Origin: Terriglobia bacterium
Lineage (GTDB): Bacteria > Acidobacteriota > Terriglobia > 20CM-2-55-15
Length of the DNA stretch: 64,000 nt
Assembly: GCA_963664115.2 (NCBI GenBank)
Contig: CAXWPJ010000012.1
Location: 416,001-480,000, forward strand
Direction: 5' to 3'
The notes under the pieces were generated by a model. That model saw only the letters and a program-made list of their open reading frames with translations, was not told the origin of the DNA and did no database searches. Within the stretch, counting starts at the first letter, position 1. Each line of letters starts with the position of its first letter. The position numbers were made by a program, and so were the translations under genes. Below are positions 59,773-64,000 of this stretch, piece after piece.

Positions 59773-60054
59773 ATGACTACTCGAGTCACCATTCCTACAC
59801 CGCTTCGGCGATTCACTGCAGAAGACGCCGAAATTGATGTCGAAGCCGACACGATTTCAGAGATCCTGAATGAGCTGGATCAGAAGTATCCGGGTCTGAA
59901 AGCCCGCCTCTGCGAGGAAAACGGGGAGTTGCGACGCTTCTTCAACATTTACGTCGACGAAGAAGACGTGCGCTTCCTGGATGACCTACAGACGAAGGTT
60001 CCGGCTGGAGCGGAAGTCTCGATTATCCCTGCTATCTCCGGCGGACGGTTCTAG
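59773..60054 (+). CDS. MoaD/ThiS/CysO-family sulfur-carrier protein
   Basis: IPTPLRRFT...NIYVDEEDVRF...IPAISGG-RF. Confidence 0.9.
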   Translation: MTTRVTIPTPLRRFTAEDAEIDVEADTISEILNELDQKYPGLKARLCEENGELRRFFNIYVDEEDVRFLDDLQTKVPAGAEVSIIPAISGGRF

Positions 60055-60256
60055 CAACCCAAATGCTCTCTCGCCATGTAGGATTTCGCTCGGTCGTTCA
60101 TTCGGACATCCGGTCCCAGTAAGACCTGCACCGGTCCGACGGTGCGGGTGGCCAACGAGGCGGCAGCCGAGGCGGCAGAGTAAGAAGATGCTCCGATCGC
60201 TTTAAAACGAAACTCTCTGGCACCACCCCTCGAAGCAAGCACACCAAAACCGCACC

Positions 60257-61675
60257 TTACCCTAATTCTTTCCCACCACCCATCGCCGCACGAATCCGGG
60301 CAAGCCGTTCTCTCTCTCCCACAGTCACCCCGAAAACGATCACCGCCGGTGATAGGATTCCGTTCGACAGTTCTTCGATGTTCTCCAGGGTTCCGACACG
60401 CACATCCTGTTCTGTCCATGTCCCCCGCGATATCACGGCGGCTGGTGTCTCGCTGTGGCAACCGGCCTGGCTGAGGCGACGCACGATGACATCCAGACGG
60501 GACAGCCCCATCAGCACGACAACCGTCCCGCCTCCGGCGACGACACTCCGAGCGCCGACCCACTCCTCCGGACTCGCGTCGTCGGCTCGGGAGCCCGTCA
60601 TCACCATGAACGAATGTGCCACGTCACGGTGTGTGACCGGTATGCCGGCAGCCGCCGGCGCGGAGATCGCGCTGGTCACGCCGGGAATAATTTCAAAGGG
60701 AATGTCCGCCTCAGTCAACGCGCGCGCTTCTTCCCCACCCCGCCCGAACACGAATGGGTCGCCCCCTTTCAGACGACACACGCTCAGGCCTCGTTTCGCC
60801 CGCTCGACCATTGTTTCTTGAATAAAATCCTGCATGCGGCCACCGTCCCCGACCTGTTTGCCGACATCGATCACTTCGGCTCCCGCACGTGCTTCCTCCA
60901 AAAGGCGAGTATCGATGAGGCGATCGTGCAAGATCACATCAGCCATGCGAAGCAAGTCCAGCCCTCGTGATGTGATCAGTCCGGGGTCTCCGGGTCCTGA
61001 GCCAACGATATATACACAGCCGGATGCCCGGGGAGAGCCCTTCGAAGCATCCCGGATGATCGCGTCAATCCGTAATTCGATTGTCTCCAGATCCGATTCA
61101 AGAATCCTGTGGAGGATGTTCGAATCCACAATCCGATAGTGCAGTTGCCGGCGTTCTTCTTCGTCCGACACGGACTCTTTCACGCGCGAACGAATTCGGC
61201 TCAACACCTCGAGGAGCTTCTCGTATTCAGGTCCCACGATCGACGCTATGCGTCGCCTCAATCGAGCCGCCAAGGCCGGACTCGCACCCCCGGTTGAAAT
61301 CGCTATCGTTAAATCGCCACGCCGCACGAGGGCGGGCATGATGAAATCGCATTTCGACGGATCGTCGGCAACGTTGATCGGGATTTTCCCCTCACGCGAT
61401 TCATGCCAGGCGGCTGCATTGACTTTCGGATCATCGCTTGCCGTCAACACCACCCAGGAGTCGGTCAGATCTCCAGACTCATAAGCGCGCAGATGCACGC
61501 TGATCTTGCCGGCTTCGGAGAGCGATTCGAGTATCGATGTCACTTCAGGACTGATCACCGTCACGCGCGCATCGCACTCAAGAAGCGCCTGAACCCGTTG
61601 CTCGGCGACATGACCGCCACCGATGACCGTCACGCGGCGGTCTTTTACGTTGAGCGAAATCGGGAAATATTTCAT
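60257..61675 (-). CDS. cysG: Siroheme synthase
   Basis: GGGHVA, INVADDP and ISTGGASP, followed by a CobA domain (GSGPGDP, RLKGGDPFVFGRGGEE). Confidence 0.93.
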   Translation of the reverse strand: MKYFPISLNVKDRRVTVIGGGHVAEQRVQALLECDARVTVISPEVTSILESLSEAGKISVHLRAYESGDLTDSWVVLTASDDPKVNAAAWHESREGKIPINVADDPSKCDFIMPALVRRGDLTIAISTGGASPALAARLRRRIASIVGPEYEKLLEVLSRIRSRVKESVSDEEERRQLHYRIVDSNILHRILESDLETIELRIDAIIRDASKGSPRASGCVYIVGSGPGDPGLITSRGLDLLRMADVILHDRLIDTRLLEEARAGAEVIDVGKQVGDGGRMQDFIQETMVERAKRGLSVCRLKGGDPFVFGRGGEEARALTEADIPFEIIPGVTSAISAPAAAGIPVTHRDVAHSFMVMTGSRADDASPEEWVGARSVVAGGGTVVVLMGLSRLDVIVRRLSQAGCHSETPAAVISRGTWTEQDVRVGTLENIEELSNGILSPAVIVFGVTVGERERLARIRAAMGGGKELG

Positions 61676-62492
61676 CGCTCGGTGTGCTCGAAATACGTCG
61701 CAATCGCGTCTGCGAGGGGAGCCATCTTTGGCGCCGTCGGCAGAATCCGCGCCGTGATCCGACGGCTGACCAATGCCCGTCCGGTTACCTCACCGACCAC
61801 CGCAACAGAAATCCTGTCGTTAAAAGCACGCCACAGTTCTTCCAATCGACCGGCCGTTCCGGCCGTTTGAAAAAGCGATTCAATCTGGGGCGCACTCGTA
61901 AAGGTGATCGCGTCCACCCCGCCCGAGAGCAGCGTTTCGATAAAGTCGAGCACCCGTCTCGTGTCGGAGGCCGGACCGTAGTTATATACTTGTACGATGG
62001 ATACTCGTGCACCGAGATCTTCCAGACCCGAAACGAAATCTGGATTCGGACTCCCGTAGAGCTGGACTCCAATGCGTTTTCCTTCGAGTTGCTCCTTCCG
62101 GAACAGCTCGAGCAAACCCTCAGAAGTCGCTTTTTCTGGCGCCAGATCGACGCTCAAACCCAACTTTCTCATCGCTGCTCGAGGTTTCGGGCCGCGGGCA
62201 ACGACCTTCATTCTTTTCAAAGCTTCTTTGAATGCATCCGATCGGCCCATAGCCGCGGCTTCCTCTCCAATGAACCGCGCGCCGACTCCGGTAAAAAACA
62301 CCACAAAATCGAAATCTTCTTCGATGATCCCCTCGATGAAGACACGCAACTGGGCGCGGTTCCGAACGGGCCTCTCTTCTAATAAAGGACAAGAAATAAC
62401 CGTGGCCCCGTGCCGCTCGATCAACGACAGAGGTGGACCCCATACGTTGGACAGCTTGGCAGCCAATTTAAGGTGGATTCCGCGGTTCATGT

Positions 62493-63341
62493 TTATGCTG
62501 CCGAGGTCAGTGGCCGTGTTCCCGCGTAGGCTTCGCTCGGCGTGAGATCGTCGAGTTTGGAATGCGGGCGGTCGTTATTGTAATAGTTCATCCAGACACC
62601 TATGTGGTGCCGGGCATCTTTGAAGTCACTGAAGGCGTTTAGATAAACGCATTCGTATTTGATCGAGCGCCATAGGCGTTCGATGAAAACGTTGTCGATC
62701 CATTGCCCCTTGCCGTCCATGGAGATCCGGATACCTCGTTCTTTAAGTCGGTCGGTCCAGGCCTTGCTGGTGAACTGGCTGCCCTGATCGGTGTTGAAGA
62801 TTTCCGGACTGCCGTATTCCTCGATCGCCTCGTCGAGGGCTTCAAGGCAAAACGTCGTGTCCTGGGTGTTGGACAGCCGCCAGGACAACACCTTCCGCGT
62901 ATGCCAGTCCATGATCGCGACCAGATATAAGAATCCGTGCGCCATCGGGATATACGTCACGTCGGTAGACCACGCTTGATTCGCCCGCTCCACGGCAATG
63001 TCGTTGAGTAGATATGGGTACACCGGATGAGCCGGGTTTCTCCGGGACGTCTGCGGTGCCACCGAGCGCAGCCCCATCAACCGCATTAGTCGGCGTACCC
63101 GCTTCCGGCCCACATCGTAGCCGAGACGTTTCAGATGACGCGTCATCTGCCTGGACCCATACCAGGGCATCTTCAGATACGCCTCGTCGATCACGCGCAT
63201 CAGGTCCAGATTGCGATCACTCTCACCCCGTGGCCGATAGTACCAACTCGAACGGCTCAACCCGATCAAGTCGCATTGCCGGACCACACTGAGCTGCTCA
63301 TGGCCCGGTTCGACCACCTCGCGCCTTCGACCCAAGCTCAT
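62493..63341 (-). CDS. IS3 transposase OrfB (DDE)
   Basis: WSTDVTY, NTDQGSQFT, DNVFIERLWRSIKYE and RPHS. Confidence 0.92.
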   Translation of the reverse strand: MSLGRRREVVEPGHEQLSVVRQCDLIGLSRSSWYYRPRGESDRNLDLMRVIDEAYLKMPWYGSRQMTRHLKRLGYDVGRKRVRRLMRLMGLRSVAPQTSRRNPAHPVYPYLLNDIAVERANQAWSTDVTYIPMAHGFLYLVAIMDWHTRKVLSWRLSNTQDTTFCLEALDEAIEEYGSPEIFNTDQGSQFTSKAWTDRLKERGIRISMDGKGQWIDNVFIERLWRSIKYECVYLNAFSDFKDARHHIGVWMNYYNNDRPHSKLDDLTPSEAYAGTRPLTSAA

Positions 63342-63619
63342 CGATTGAAGGCTCGTGCTAAAAAATCCCGTTCCACGACCAGTTCACCGATCTTGGCCTG
63401 CAGGTCTTTGATCTCGTCCTCGTGGTTCCGGGCCGATGGATCCCGGCCTCGCTGGAATCCTTCTTTAACGCTATCAAGCGCATCACGCTTCCACTTCGTG
63501 ATCATGTTCGGATGGATCTTGTACCGCGCCGCCAATTCGGCCATCGTGCCGTCGCCACGCATCGCGGCCAGCGCTACCTTCGCTTTGAAATCTGCTGAAA
63601 AATTCCGTCGTTTCGCCAT
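63338..63619 (-). CDS. IS3 transposase OrfA (HTH)
   Basis: FKAKVALAA...KIGELVVERDFL; a T6 run near the end is a probable -1 frameshift site. Confidence 0.9.
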   Translation of the reverse strand: MAKRRNFSADFKAKVALAAMRGDGTMAELAARYKIHPNMITKWKRDALDSVKEGFQRGRDPSARNHEDEIKDLQAKIGELVVERDFLARAFNR

Positions 63620-64000
63620 CGTCGTTAGGTCCTCTCATCTATGCAGAGTCCACCTTATAACGCTGTCCTAATTTTGGGGGCCACTTCTGACATCAGTTCT
63701 TTATCGTATCGATGCTCTGTGATTGCAATCGTGCGGTTTTCTAAAGCCTTTGACATCACCGTATTCGCTCCACTTCGCGTATCTGCCCGACAAGCCCTTT
63801 CAATTGTACCGATAGCCTGGTCGAAAGTCAGCGTAGCTCAAGCACCGCCGGCGCCCCGATTTGAAAACACGGTGGGCATCCGATTGAACGAAAGAGCGCA
63901 GTCCCCGGGGCGGGGGAAAACTGAAACTGAAGTCTCGCCCCGGAGACAGCGCTATGTTTCAGACTGGGCCGATTGCGGATGTTTGACCGAGATCCATCAC

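Larger units (their letters stand above)
62429..63688 (-). mobile_element. IS3-family insertion sequence (1260 bp)
   Basis: Inverted repeats AGAGGTGGACCCCATACGTTGGACAGC / GCTGTCCTAATTTTGGGGGCCACTTCT; 3-bp GAC target duplication (62426-28 and 63689-91). Confidence 0.9.
61672..63756 (-). pseudogene. hemD: Uroporphyrinogen-III synthase split by an IS3 element (63756-63689 plus 62425-61672)
   Basis: Removing the IS and one GAC copy restores MSKALENRTIAITEHRYDKELMSLIERHGATVISCP...FFTGVG...ARGPKP...TFTSAPQ. Confidence 0.85.

Noticed and set aside
61672-62490. ORF-track 272-aa protein as an intact native HemD
   Set aside because: Its first 21 residues are IS-derived; the native start is at 63756.

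Overview
A 64-kb bacterial fragment of roughly 60% GC by eye, probably from an Acidobacteriota genome (inferred from the gene families and the style of the Ser/Thr-kinase remnants). Positions 1-42 kb form a patchwork accessory region of mostly exported proteins: four MBL-fold proteins, three DUF6152 proteins with their 'WEGDTLVVD' partners, NHL and PQQ beta-propellers, c-type cytochromes, a Tat-exported ThDP enzyme and a Tat-exported PrpD. In the first ~21.5 kb the intergenic spaces repeatedly carry a same-orientation module that the ORF track misses: the C-terminal tail of a Ser/Thr kinase, a conserved imperfect palindrome, a sigma70-like promoter and the N-terminal head of a kinase. Unrelated cargo genes sit where the kinase bodies would be. 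Positions 42.6-46.9 kb hold a YLDPG-peptide/methyltransferase/sulfatase-like cassette. Positions 47-64 kb are a sulfur-assimilation region: tauE-cysH-cysD-cysN followed by an unannotated UxxC selenoprotein, a divergent sulfite reductase, tandem SAM-II-like riboswitches (each with a terminator) ahead of a threonine-synthase-like enzyme and a sulfur-carrier protein, and cysG/hemD with hemD split by an IS3 element. An intact IS1380 element and an IS6 remnant are also present. No rRNA, tRNA or CRISPR array was seen. All calls come from reading the sequence, without database searches.
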